Positions 26,874-38,475 of a stretch of DNA of 64,000 nt are shown here, in pieces. Position numbers and translations under genes: made by a program. The notes under the pieces are model-generated. The model saw nothing but the letters and a program-made list of their open reading frames with translations, had not been told where the DNA came from and did no database searches. Source of the DNA: Octopus sinensis (Eukaryota); assembly GCF_006345805.1 (NCBI RefSeq), contig NC_042997.1:112902001-112966000 (forward strand), written 5' to 3'. Numbering within the stretch: position 1 is the first letter of the stretch; each line of letters opens with the position of its first letter.

Positions 26874-29800
26874 GGGATCGTTTTCCATCTATCAAATCCA
26901 CTCTCAAAGCTTTGGTGGTTCTGGGGCTAAAATAAAAGACACTTGCCCAAGATGCCACACACTGGCATCTTTGGAACCATGTGGTTGGGAAGTAAACTTC
27001 TTAACAACTCAACCACCTGGCTCAGTAGTTAGAGCGTTGGGCTTACAATCATAAGATAGTGAATTCAATTCCCAGACCGGGCTGTGTGTCGTGATCTTGA
27101 ACAAGACACTTTATTTCACGTTGCTCTAGTTCACTCAGCTGTAGAAATGAGTTGTGACGCCACTGGTGCCAAGCAGTATCAGCCCCTTTGCCTTTCCCTT
27201 GGAAAACATTGGTGGTGTGGAAAGGGGAGGCTGGTATGCATGGGCGACTGCTGGTCTTCCATAAAACAACCCTGCCTGGACTCATGACCAGTCTTTACTC
27301 TGTACCCTTTTTATACATAACTACATATATGTATGTCATCATTGATGTTTAACGTCTGTTTTCCATGCTGGCATGGGTTGGATGGTTTGACTGAGGACTG
27401 GCAAGCTAGACGGCTGTACCAGGTCTGATCTGGTAAGGTTTCTACAGCTGGATGTCCTTCCTAACACCAACCACTTCGAGAGTATAGTGGGTGAGGCAGT
27501 ACTGGCATCAACCACGCTCCTCCAACCTATGATGAAAAATAATTACCTCACAGAATTTGAAAATCTTTAAATTTATTTTTGAAAATGTTACCCTATCAAG
27601 GCTAGTCAACCCTTTAGTAGTTTCTAAACCAACCATGACTGGTCCAAATATTCTGACCGTTTTGTGATCAAATTGGCCAGATCTGGCCCCTCATACTCTC
27701 GTTTTTTTTTGCTTTTTTTGAAGGCATGGAGTTCTGTTTTGTTATCGAATTTGACAAGCTGAATGTGAAGGAGTTAAAAGCCAAAATCTTTACATGAATT
27801 AAGGCTAGATTTAAATAAAACTCCTGTTTGCAATGGACAGTATCGTTTTGCTTTTAAATTTATCACATGCATCTTTTTTATGTATATATTTTAACTTCTT
27901 TCATTTTCTTTTTGCGTCTTAATTTAGTTACATGAATAAACCTGCTATTGACACCATAAAACGATGCAGACTTTACAGTGACTCTTTATCTCGTTTTGGA
28001 AGATCTCCTTATTTGTATCCATTATATGGTCTTGGAGAGTTACCACAGGGATTTGCTCGGTGAGTTTCTCTTTTACACTCTTCAACATTCCCATTAACTT
28101 TTGTATTCATCCTTGTCATCGTCATCTTTTTAGCATCCACTTTTCCTTGCTAACATGGGTCACATGGAGTTTTTTTTTAGGTTGGATGCCCTCCCTGTTG
28201 CCAACCCTCAACTGTATCCAATCATCATTGTTTAACATCTGTTTTCCATGCTAGCATGGGTTCGATGGTTCGACCAGGGTCTGGTAAGCCATGGAGGCTG
28301 CACCAGGCTCCAGTCTGATCTGGCAGTGTTTCTACAGCTGGATGCCCTTCCTAACGCCAACCACTCCGTGAGTGTAATGGGTGCTTTTTATGTGCTACCG
28401 GCACAGGGACCAGAGGAGGCTGGCAAACAGCCACGATTGGTTGGTGCTTTTATGTGTCACCGACACGGACGCCGGCCAGGCGGCACTGGCAACTGCCATG
28501 TATCCAAATAAGGTAATATTTCTCATGGCCAGACATGTTTTCCATGGAAAACTGGAAACCAACCACGTCACTTGTATGATGGTGATGTTTGTTTACAACC
28601 ATCATGTGATGTCAAGATGAGGAGATGTGCATACATACATGCATAAAGAAATCATCATCATCCATCTGTTTTCCATGCTGGCATGGGTTGGACAGTTTGA
28701 CAACAACTGGCAAGGCCAGGTGTCACACCAAGCTCCCTTTGTCTATTTTTTGCATGGTTTTTACAGCTGGATGCCCTTCCTAATGACAACCACTTTACAG
28801 TGTGTACTGGGTACTTTTTATGTGGCACCAGTACTAGTGCTTTTTAATGTGACACAATCACCAGTGCTACATCATCATCATTGTTTAACGTCCGTTTTTC
28901 ATGCTGGCATGGATTGGACGGTTTGACTTAGGTCTGGAGAGCCAGCAGCTGCACCAAGCTCCAGTCTGATCTGGCAATGTTTCTACAGCTGGATGCCCTT
29001 CCTAACACCAACCACTCTAAGAGTGAACTGGGTGCTTTTTACGTACCACCTGCATGGTAGCCAGTCATTGGGTGCTGGCATTGGCCACGTTCAGATGTTG
29101 CTTTTTACATGCCACCGGCATAGGAACCAGTCAGTTGGCCCTAGCATTGATCATGTTCAGATAGTGCTTTTTACATATGTATATATATATATATATATCC
29201 CTTCGTTGGACACTGCTTGCGAAGACCTGTTGAGGCAAGTGAATTTGGAATCGAAATCAAATTCACTGACTCGCATCCATCCGAGCGTGATCATTGTCAG
29301 AGCATCTAACTGGCATTCGTGCTGGTGGCATGTAAAAAGCACCATTCGAGCATGATCGTTACCAGCATCGCCTTACTGGCACTTGTGCTGGTATGCAGGT
29401 GACATGTAAAAAAAACACTATTTTTCTGTGGCCGTTGCCAGCACCCACTACACTCTCAGAGTGGTTGGCATTAGGAAGGGCATCCAGCTGTAGAAACTCT
29501 ATCAGATCAAGATTGGAGTCTGGTGCAGCCATCTGGATCACCAGCCCTCAGTCAAATCGTCCAACCCATGCTAGCATGGAAAGCGGATGTTAAATGATGA
29601 TGATGATGATATGACAAGCTTCATTCAGTTTCTATTTATCAAATCCACCCACATGGCTTTGGTCAGCAAGGGACTATAGTAAAAGAATTGTCTTTCTTGA
29701 TTATTTTCCCAGATTAAGTGCAATTTATGGTGGAACTTACATGTTGGACAAACCAGTCGATGAACTGATCTTTGAAGATGGTAAAGCTGTAGGCGTGAAA

Positions 29801-32800
29801 TCGCAAGGACAGGTAGCTAATTGTAAAATGGTCATCTGTGATCCGTCTTATGCTCCAGAGAAGTGTAAAAAGCAAGGACAGGTGAGTTTTCTTTTATTTC
29901 ATTTTACTTTATCATATAATAATAGTAATTTGTTATATTTAGGGATGGTCATCTTTTTTGCTAATTAACCACATGCACTAATTACTTAGTCTTCACTTCA
30001 GGTTTAATTATTCTTGTTTTAGTGTTGGTTGTCTGAAATTTTTCATTGCACACCCTGTGACTCCTTCAGTGACTCTCCATCCCATGTGTATGCACCTGTT
30101 CTGTTTAGTACATTCTGAGAAAGACAAAATGGACTGAAACAGAATAGGAGGAGACACGTGGAATGGAGAGTTGCTGAAGAGGTCACAGGATGTGTGATGA
30201 AAGATTTCAGACAAAGGACACTAAAAAAAATAATAATAATAATGATGATGATAATAAAGGTGAAGTGAAGAAGGAGTATATAGTGCGTGTGGTTATTTGA
30301 CAAAAAAGATGACCATCACCAAATATAACAGTATGTTACAAACACAGGATTTCACATCAGGAGTCTTGCAAAACAAATACATAATAGTAATGTAAGTGTC
30401 TATAATTTCTTAAACATCCATTGTCATCTTTATCATTGTTTCAGCATCCTCTTTTCCATGCTTGCATGGGTCACAAGAGATTTGTTGAAGCAGGTTTTCC
30501 GAGCGTGATCGTTGCCAGAGCGGCTATCTGACCTCAGTGCCGGTGGCACGTAAAAGACACATTCAAGTGTGATCGTTACCTTACTGGCACCTGTACCGGT
30601 GGCTTGTGTAAAAGATTTGAGCGAGGTCATTGCCAGTGCCGCCTGACTGGCACGTAAAAGCACTCACTACACTCTCAGAGTGGTTGGCGTTAGGAAGGGC
30701 ATCCAACTGTAGAAACTCTGCCAGATCAAGATTGGAGCCTGGTGCAGCTGTCTGGTTCGCCAGCCCTCAGTCAAATCGTCCAACCCATGCTAGCATGGAA
30801 AGTGGACGTTAAACAATGAACGACGAGGTTCTCTGTGACTGGATGCCCTTCCTGTCACCAATCCTCACCTCTTCCCATGCGAGGGATATTGTTCAGACAT
30901 GTTTTTCACAAAACACTGGGAATGTACAAAATCACTTGTGAGATGGTAACATTTGTTTACAACCACTGCATGGTATCAAGACAAGGATACACACTGGTTG
31001 TCAAGCAGAGGTGTGTAACAAACACACACATGCACACACATGTATATGACAGGCTTCTTTCAGTTTACATCTACAAAATCTACTCACAAGGCTTCGGTCA
31101 GCTATTAACAAACACTTACCTCTATGTCCCTGTAAATTAGCAGCTAGGCAAGAATAGACCGATGAAGTGCCAGACTTAATACATATTAGGGGCCACAAAG
31201 CCAGCAATTTCAGTGGGGGTGGTTCTATGTTGATTACATTGACCCTGGTGCTCAACTTGTACTTATTTCATTGAGCCCAAAAGGATGCAAGACTTTAACA
31301 GAATTTCAACTCAGAATGTAAAACCAAAAGAAATGCTGTTGACCATTTTGTCCAGTGTGCTAACAATTCTGCCAGCTCACTGCCTCAATAATAATAATAA
31401 ACTAAAACAATACCTGTTGTCATAGGTGCCCTGGGAATGATAGCAAAAGGGGCTGATTGTTACCTAACTCAGATACCAGGAAACCCAAAAATGGCAGAAA
31501 TTCAAAAGATAGTGCTCATGGGAACTGCTCATATCCTACGCAAAATACTTTCTATGTAATCTCAAGTTTTAAAACAAACATAATTTTCATATGGTTTTTT
31601 AAGACATTCACTTGTACAACACTAAGTACAAAACCAAATATATGGCACCCTAGGCATAACACCAACATGAACTTCCAACTTGTCTCTTGAGGTCTCTGGG
31701 TGAGACTTGGAGCCAGCTTGTGCAAATGTAATGCAAAAGTCAAACAGAATAATAATAATACCAACAACAACAACAAGAGCACTCAGAGCACAAACCTCTG
31801 CCACGGCAACAGTAACGTTCTCTCAATGATTAGCTAGAGATGTCTGAAATATACTCAACTGCTCTCACAAATGATAATACTAAAAATGAACCTGGATGCT
31901 CTCAAAAATTAAGTAAAAAAAAAAACAGGGAAAATAATCCATAATCCTTTTTCGGTACCTGATTGATTTCAAAGGTAGTCATGGAGTGTGAAGATGTCTG
32001 TAGAAAATTTAGTAACAGTAATAAATAGTTTGTCCTTATCTCATACAGGCCAGAGTTAACAAATTCACCATTCAAAATAATTACAGCCTAAAGGGAGATA
32101 ATTGAGACACTTAAAAGTTAACGTAAGATCATAATCATCATCATTATCGTTTTAATGTCCATTTTCCATGCTGGCATGGGATGGGCAGTTTGACTGAGGA
32201 CTGGCGAACCAGATGGCTGCACCAGGCTCCAATCTGATCTGGCAAAGTTTCTACAGCTGAATGCCCTTCCTAATGCCAACCACTCCAAGAGTGTAGTGGG
32301 TGCTTTTTATGTGCCACCAACACAGGGGCCAGTCAGATGGGCCTGGCATCAATCCTGTTTGGATGGTGCTTTTTACATGCTGTTGGCACAGGAGCCAATC
32401 AAGGGGCATTGGCATCAGCTACATTTCGATGGTGCTTTTTTACGTGCCGTCAGCACGGGAGCCAGTCAGGGGCACTGGCACCAGCCACATTCAGATTGTG
32501 CATTTTATGTGCCACCAGTCAGGTGGGCCTGGTATCGATCATATTCAAATAGTGCCATTTACATGCCATTGGCACAGGAGCCAGTCAGGGGGCACTGGCA
32601 TTGATCATGTTCGGATGATGCTTTTTACATGCCACCAGCACAGGAGCCAGCCAGGGAGCACTGGCATCATCCACGATCAGTTGGTGCTTTTTACGTGCTG
32701 ATGATGATGAACATAAGCCCAGCAGAAATGCCACTGAGCATCTTTCCCTGTACTGTAATAATTCTGCCAGCTCATTGCCTTTCCTTCTCTAGATAAGTTT

Positions 32801-35800
32801 TTTTTCAGTTAGTTGTGTGAAATATAAACACTCCCTACATAATTAACCCTTTAGGATTCAGACTAGGATTCAAATGTGATGCTTATTTATCACATTGTTT
32901 TGGATTAATCATGCATTGTCTTGTGGCTTTGAGATTTCAGTGATGTGATTGCATATTTTTAGAATGATATTGTAGGGTAGGTGTGAGAGGCTAGACTTGC
33001 CTGATTTGAACATAAAAACAGGTAAAATATTTGGTTGCCAGGTATGGCTGGTTTTAATGCTAAAGGGTTACAGAGAAATTGTTTTTCTTTTTTTTAATGT
33101 CTTAGTTGAATCATATATTTTCGAATCATTGAAACAGAATCTCATGCTGGTACTATATAAAGGGTACTTGTGACGGTGCCACATAAAAAGCATCCAGTGC
33201 ACTCTGTAAAGTGGTTGGCGTTAGGAAAGGCATCCAGCCATAGAAACCATGCCAAAGCAGACAAATGGAGCTGGGTGTAGCTCTATAGCTTGCCAACTCC
33301 TTATTTCTTTATTGCCCACAAGGGGCTAAACATAGAGGGGACAAACAAAGGGATTAAGTTGATTATATCGACCCCGAAAGGATGAAAGGCAAAGTCGATC
33401 TCGGCGGAATTTTAACTCAGAACGTAACAGCAGGCGAAATACCACTAAGCATTTCGCCCGGTGTGCTAACGTTTCTGCCAGCTCGCCGCCTTCTTAGCTT
33501 GCCAACTCCTATCAAATTGTCCAACCCATGCCAGCATGGACAACGGATGTTAAATGATAATGGTGGTGATAACGAATTAAGAGAGGGAGGGACTATATGT
33601 ATCCCTGTTTTTATATATATATTACAGTTTATGTTGTTTTTCTCTTGTCTAGGTTGTCCGAGCAATCTGCATTCTTGATCATGGTATTCCTGATACAGAG
33701 AATAGTTTATCATGTCAGATAATCATTCCACAATCCCAGGTGAACAGGCAAAATGGTAAATATCTGTTTTTCACACGCCCACACTTTTTTTTGTCTTTAT
33801 TGTTTTGGGAGGTTCATATTATGCCAACTTCAGAACACATACACTGGTTCAGTACCACTTCTATTATTTTTGGTGTAACAATCCTTCCAAGACACAAGTT
33901 TCGTTTCAACTCACTTCAAGAATCTTACAAACTGAATACAAAACTTATTGTTGTTGTTAAATCTTTGTTCCCAATGAAATTAACGGAACAAACAAATCTG
34001 TATTTTTTTTTCTTTCCTGTAAGCTATTGAAGTACTGTATATGATGCAAATAATAACAATTTTTGAAGATCGACACAAATTAAAGCCTCAGACACCAGTT
34101 AAATTATGTTATTGTTATAGCTTCTTTATTTCATTTAAAATCAATTCAAAAGCCATGTATTTCAATTGAAACAAAACCGTTAAATATACAGTAATCCCGC
34201 AACTGTCGTGATGGTTGAAATTCCATGAAGTTGAACCACTACTGTACTGTATATTTTTCTTATAATTTTTATAATTTGTATATATTTTATTTATTTATGC
34301 GCCCTTTTCAAGCCTTGCCAGGCTCATGGGCCCGGTTTCTGTGGCGTATGTCTTCCTCCCAGCTGGACAGGATGCCAGTCCATTGCAGTGTTACTCAAGA
34401 AACAGGAAAAAAGAGTGAAAGAAAGTTGTGACAAAAGAGTACAACAGGGGTCGCCGCCCCACCCCCTGCCAGAGCTTCATGGAGCTTTAGGTGTTTTCAC
34501 TCAATAAACACGCACAATGCTCGGTCTGGGAATTGAAACCGCGATCCTCCGACCGCGAGTCCGCTGCCCTAACCACTGGGCCATTGCGCCTCCACTTGTA
34601 TATACTTATTTCATTTTAAATGCCAAACAACACCACACACCCACCTCCCAAGTTCCGTTTTCCATCCAGTATGTGCGATTCTTTATTTACCCATCTACGG
34701 TACTCTATGAATTTTCTTTTAATATATTTTAATTAATGTGTTATACAGTGCGGTACTATACTGCATTTTCATTCATTAATTTTTAGATGTGAAAATGCTT
34801 ATTTTACCACAGAAATAATTAAAATCTAAAAAAGTATTAATACCTATCAGCCACAGAAACCCGTAATATAAATTTACTAGCTTGCTTACCAACCACATGG
34901 TTCTGGGTTCAGTCCCACTGTTTGTCACCTTGGGCTGACCAAAACCTTGTGAGTGGATTTGGTAGATGGAAACTGAAAAGAAGCCCATCGTGTATATAAA
35001 TGTGTGTGTATGTTTGCATGTCTGCCTTTGTCCCCCTGCCATTGCTTGGCAACCGATGTTGGTGTGTTTGCGTCCCCAAAACTTAGAGAGGTTTCACAAA
35101 AGAGACCGATAGAACAAGTACTAGGCTTACAAAGAATGTCCTAGGGGTCAATTTGCAGATCTTTTCACTTTGACCTGCAGATTTTTTAAATAATTTCTAT
35201 GTAACTAAAAAATTTTAAACTTCATATATTGGTAGAATGTGTTTATAAAACATCTTTTTCTCTTGGCTTTGTTGAGAAAATTCTGTAGTTTGTAAGGTCT
35301 TTAATTTGTTGCATTTCAGCAATTTCAACCAATCAATGACTTGTATTGAGGTGAAAACGATTTCTGCCGTAACATTTTATGGCAGCGTCATATGAAAATG
35401 TCCCTGTTTTTTATGAGAAAAAAGATACCCTGTGGCCATAAACTGAGGGGTCACTCATAAACAGAGCTGGATAACAAAACCGTTCCCTCTTTAGTGTCCA
35501 CCCATAATTATGACCCTAGTATCGATCTATTGCATTTCAATCTGTTTTAGGGTTAGGGGTGGGGGGAAGGGTATCTTTTTTTTCTTCAGAAATATAAATA
35601 AACCCAATCTGTTTCTCAAACGAATATATATGTAACAGGGACATTCCTGTATCTTTAAATTAAAGAATGGAATAAAATGTATTTTTTTACCACGGTTTAT
35701 TGGTTTGTCTTATGGTTTTTTTCTTTTCTTTTTTTTTCTCCTTTCTTTAAACAGATATTTATGTTTGTTGTGTCTCTTATGCACATAATGTCGCAGCGAA

Positions 35801-38475
35801 AAATTTCTATTTGGCCATTGTCAGCACAACCGTAGAGACTGACAATCCTGAGAATGAACTTAGTATAGGTTTGAACCTCCTCGGCCCCATCAAACAAAAG
35901 TGAGTGGCATTTATTTTCTCCTCTTGTGTGTGTGTGAAAGAGATGGTCTTTAATTTCCACTTTGTCGGATGAAAATTCCTTAAAGAGCATTCTCTATAAT
36001 GAATTTAATTTTCTTCCCCTAGGTTTGTATCAATCAGTGATCTTTTAGAACCAATAGATGATGGTACAGAAAATCGGGTAAGTGAGACATTGATTTACCT
36101 TTTTAATTTTGTAGCCAATGCCTATTTCTTTACTACCAACAAGGGGCTAAACACAGAGAGGACAAACAAGGACAGACAAACGGATTAAGTTGATTACATC
36201 GACCCCAGTGCGTAACTGGTACTTATTTAATCGACCCCAAAAGGATGAAGGGCAAAGTCGACCTTGGTGGAATTTGAACTCAGAACATAGTGACAGACGA
36301 AATACTGCTAAGCATTTCGCCCGGCGTGCTAACGTTTCTGCCAGTTCACCGCCTTTTGTGGCCAATGCCGTTGCCATCTAACTGGCACCCGTGCAGGTGG
36401 CATGTAAAAAATACCATTCTTGCATTGGGCATCATGGAAGCAGTGACAGGTGACCAAGACCCTTGGCGATATACTGTGCTTGTGTAGACCTGTGAAGCCA
36501 AGTGGGACCGTGGTCATGGCCGATTCTGGTGTTGGGTCAGTGGCACATAAAATATACCTACTGCAGTCTGAGAGACATTGGTGTTAGGAAGGGCATCCAG
36601 CTGTAGAAACCATGACAAATCAGATTGGGGCCTGGTGCAGCTCCCTGGTTTACCAGTTTTCAGTCAAACTGTTCAACCCATTCCAGCATGGAAAGCAGAC
36701 ATTAAATGAAACAATGATGGAGAAGCTCCAAATACAATGAATTGTTGAACTGGTAGCTGTGAATATGATTGTGTGTGTTTGTATCGTTCATTTCTAATCT
36801 TCCATGGCTATATGGATTATTTCCTTGTTTAGAAACAGCTGAAGGTTGGTGACAGGAAAGGCTCCTGGAAGGATGATGGTAATGATGATGAAAGGGTTTC
36901 CAATGCCATTAGTATTGTCTTACAGAGTTTATAGAATTTTGAGCATTTGTTTGATCTGTATTCTAGCCATGACCATTCTACCAACAGTCATATTCAGTAT
37001 TGCTTTATCCTGTACATTTAAGCATTTCTTTCTTTAAGATGGCAGATTAGTATTTGAGGGTCATTTGGCTGCTGTTTCTTGCAGAGATATTGTGATGTAG
37101 CGTATGTATGTGCTCATCGTTATCATTTAACAGTCCTGCTTTATGCTGGCATAGGTTAAAGGAGAGAGAGAGAGAGAGAGAGGGTGGGGTACACTGTTAT
37201 ACTGTGCTATATTATGTAAATAAAGAAGGTTACAACAAAATGAGTAAACCAGTGTGATAGATGAACTATCGGGACTGATAAATTGTGTTATCATGTCACC
37301 TTGTGTATTATATTCATAAAATATCTTTCACCTTCATCTGCCCAGACTGATATTTACATTGACCACACCTTCCCCTTTATTCCTTCTCTTCACCTCTACC
37401 CTCATCTCTAACTATCTCTCCCTCTTCTTCAATACTTTAATCAACTTATCCACACCCTTTTTCTAATTCTTTGTCCAATAACTCAATGCTGTGACACCTT
37501 GTCACTAACATCTTCTTCCCACCCACCCTTATGTAATGTAGGGTAGCCACGTATCTCCTCTACAGCAAGAAACCTGTGCCTGTCCTATTATACTTCAGCC
37601 TTTCAATACTTAGTATAAAACCACCTCCCCTTGTCCTGCATGGTTGAAGGGCTGTGTCTTTTTCTTTGTTTCATGAGGTGCCAATGTCTCGAAAGAAGTG
37701 CACCCAATATGCACTACAAAGTGGTTGGCATTAGGAAAGGCATCATTACCAGCGTCGCCTTACTGGCACTTGAGCCCCGTGCTAGTAGGGTACTAAGAGC
37801 AACATCTGAGTGTGATCGTTGCCAGAGCGGCTAACTGGCATCCGTGCTGGTGGCATGTAAAAGGCACCATTCGAGTGTGATTGTTACCAGCATCGCCTTA
37901 TTGGCACCTGTGCCAGTGGCATGTGTAAAAAGATTCGAGTGTGGTCGTTGCCTGTACCGCCTGACTGGCCCTCATGCCGGTGGGATGTAAAAAAAACACT
38001 ACACTCTCGGAGTGATTGGCGTTAGGAAGGGCATCCAACTGTAGAAACTCTGCCAGTTCAAGATTGGGGCCTGGTGCAGCCATCTGGTTCACCAGCCCTC
38101 AGTCAAATCGTCCAACCCATGCTAGCATGGAAAGCGGATGTTAAACGACGACGATGTTGATGATCCAACCATGACAATCATGTCAAAGCATACATTAAAG
38201 ATTAAAGCAGTGCTTTTGCTCATTGGATTCTATCAAACCTACATCCATGTAGATGTGTGTTGTGTGTGTATATGTATGTACATGTATTAATTGTGAAATA
38301 TCGATGCTTATTGGGTTTCTGTTTGTTTTTCCAGCTCTTCATCTCCAAGAACTACGATGCCACCACTCACTTTGAAACTACATGTAATGATGTTTTGGAT
38401 ATTTTCAAACGAGCCACTGGGGAAGATTTTGACTTTTCGAAAGTCACACATGCTGGTATGGAAGACAATTGCTGA
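10614..38475 (+). CDS. GDI: Rab GDP dissociation inhibitor gene, spliced CDS join(10614..10721,17721..17817,22814..22948,24270..24468,27928..28059,29713..29881,33653..33755,35755..35899,36023..36077,38335..38475); first coding exon (~15 codons) not found in window
   Basis: Ten exons with AG/GT ends and compatible phases (108,97,135,199,132,169,103,145,55,141 nt; total 1284 nt) translate without stops. Hallmark motifs include [75 protein letters not shown] and [11 protein letters not shown]. Confidence 0.97.
12119..13314 (+). mobile_element. Decayed Tc1/mariner-superfamily DNA transposon (maT/DD37D-like), TA-flanked
   Basis: Degenerate TIRs CAGGATG..TAAATTGTC and GACAATTTA..CACCCTG with flanking TA. 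Transposase remnants [55 protein letters not shown]; stops, frameshifts, second catalytic Asp region lost. Confidence 0.85.
17721..17817 (+). CDS. GDI: GDI exon, [32 protein letters not shown](G)
   Basis: ttttccag acceptor, GTATGA donor, 97 nt. Confidence 0.96.
18434..18953 (-). mobile_element. Internal RT fragment of the RTE family in a GDI intron
   Basis: Reverse complement aligns with 48310-48845 ([34 protein letters not shown]...[10 protein letters not shown]). Confidence 0.9.
20155..21014 (+). mobile_element. Decayed RTE 3' ORF fragment including remnants of the PHD insertion
   Basis: [32 protein letters not shown], multiple frameshifts; homologous to 48810-49550 and onward. Confidence 0.85.
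22814..22948 (+). CDS. GDI: GDI exon, (G)[44 protein letters not shown]
   Basis: cctttag acceptor, GTGAGT donor, 135 nt. Confidence 0.96.
23337..23530 (+). mobile_element. tRNA-headed short element with a degenerate hammerhead-like motif, preceded by an inverted piece of related sequence
   Basis: A box TGGCGTAGTGG (23342), B box GTTCGATTCC (23387); CTGATGA at 23479-23485; AATATCTGTCAGAT at ~23517 mirrors ATTTGACGGATATT at ~23099-23112. Confidence 0.55.
24270..24468 (+). CDS. GDI: GDI exon, [28 protein letters not shown]...[14 protein letters not shown]
   Basis: tttttccag acceptor, GTAAGT donor, 199 nt; overlaps track ORF 24281..24472. Confidence 0.96.
25173..25572. mobile_element. Two adjacent TTAA-flanked piggyBac-type MITEs (25173-25402 and ~25427-25572); related copy ~41943-42153; a second TTAA-CCCTTT family at 32843-33070
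   Basis: Ends TTAACCCTTTC.TTAC... and ...GGTAACGAAAGGGTTAA; internal sequence shared between copies. Confidence 0.75.
27928..28059 (+). CDS. GDI: GDI exon, [44 protein letters not shown]
   Basis: aatttag acceptor, GTGAGT donor, 132 nt. Confidence 0.96.
29713..29881 (+). CDS. GDI: GDI exon, [56 protein letters not shown]
   Basis: ttttcccag acceptor, GTGAGT donor, 169 nt. Confidence 0.95.
29931..30330. repeat. ~400-bp imperfect palindrome (foldback element) starting 50 nt after a GDI donor site
   Basis: 29931-30000 pairs with 30266-30330; TTGTCTGAAATTTTTCATTGCACACCCTGTGAC pairs with GTCACAGGATGTGTGATGAAAGATTTCAGACAA; small loop near 30120. Confidence 0.85.
31401..31748 (+). mobile_element. 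5'-truncated R4/Dong-like (RLE) non-LTR retrotransposon end inserted in (TAA)n
   Basis: 31401-31559 translates [52 protein letters not shown], resembling the C-terminus of R4-clade ORFs; (AAT)n on both sides. Confidence 0.7.
33653..33755 (+). CDS. GDI: GDI exon, [34 protein letters not shown]
   Basis: tcttgtctag acceptor, GTAAAT donor, 103 nt. Confidence 0.95.
34290..34594 (-). mobile_element. tRNA-derived SINE family D (degraded copy ~43540-43715)
   Basis: Minus strand begins TGGAGGCGCAATGGCCCAGTGGTTAGGGCAGCGGACTCGCGGTC..GGTTTCAATTCCC. Confidence 0.7.
35755..35899 (+). CDS. GDI: GDI exon, [49 protein letters not shown]
   Basis: Long pyrimidine tract + ACAG acceptor, GTGAGT donor, 145 nt. 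Confidence 0.95.
36023..36077 (+). CDS. GDI: GDI exon, [18 protein letters not shown]
   Basis: ttcccctag acceptor, GTAAGT donor, 55 nt. Confidence 0.94.
38335..38475 (+). CDS. GDI: GDI last coding exon, [46 protein letters not shown]
   Basis: ttttccag acceptor; TGA stop at 38473-38475. Confidence 0.96.
   Translation, partial: LFISKNYDATTHFETTCNDVLDIFKRATGEDFDFSKVTHAGMEDNC

Noticed and set aside
35697-35990. Minus-strand ORF of 97 aa and similar short antisense ORFs
   Set aside because: Antisense shadows of GDI exons or of repeats, with no independent motifs
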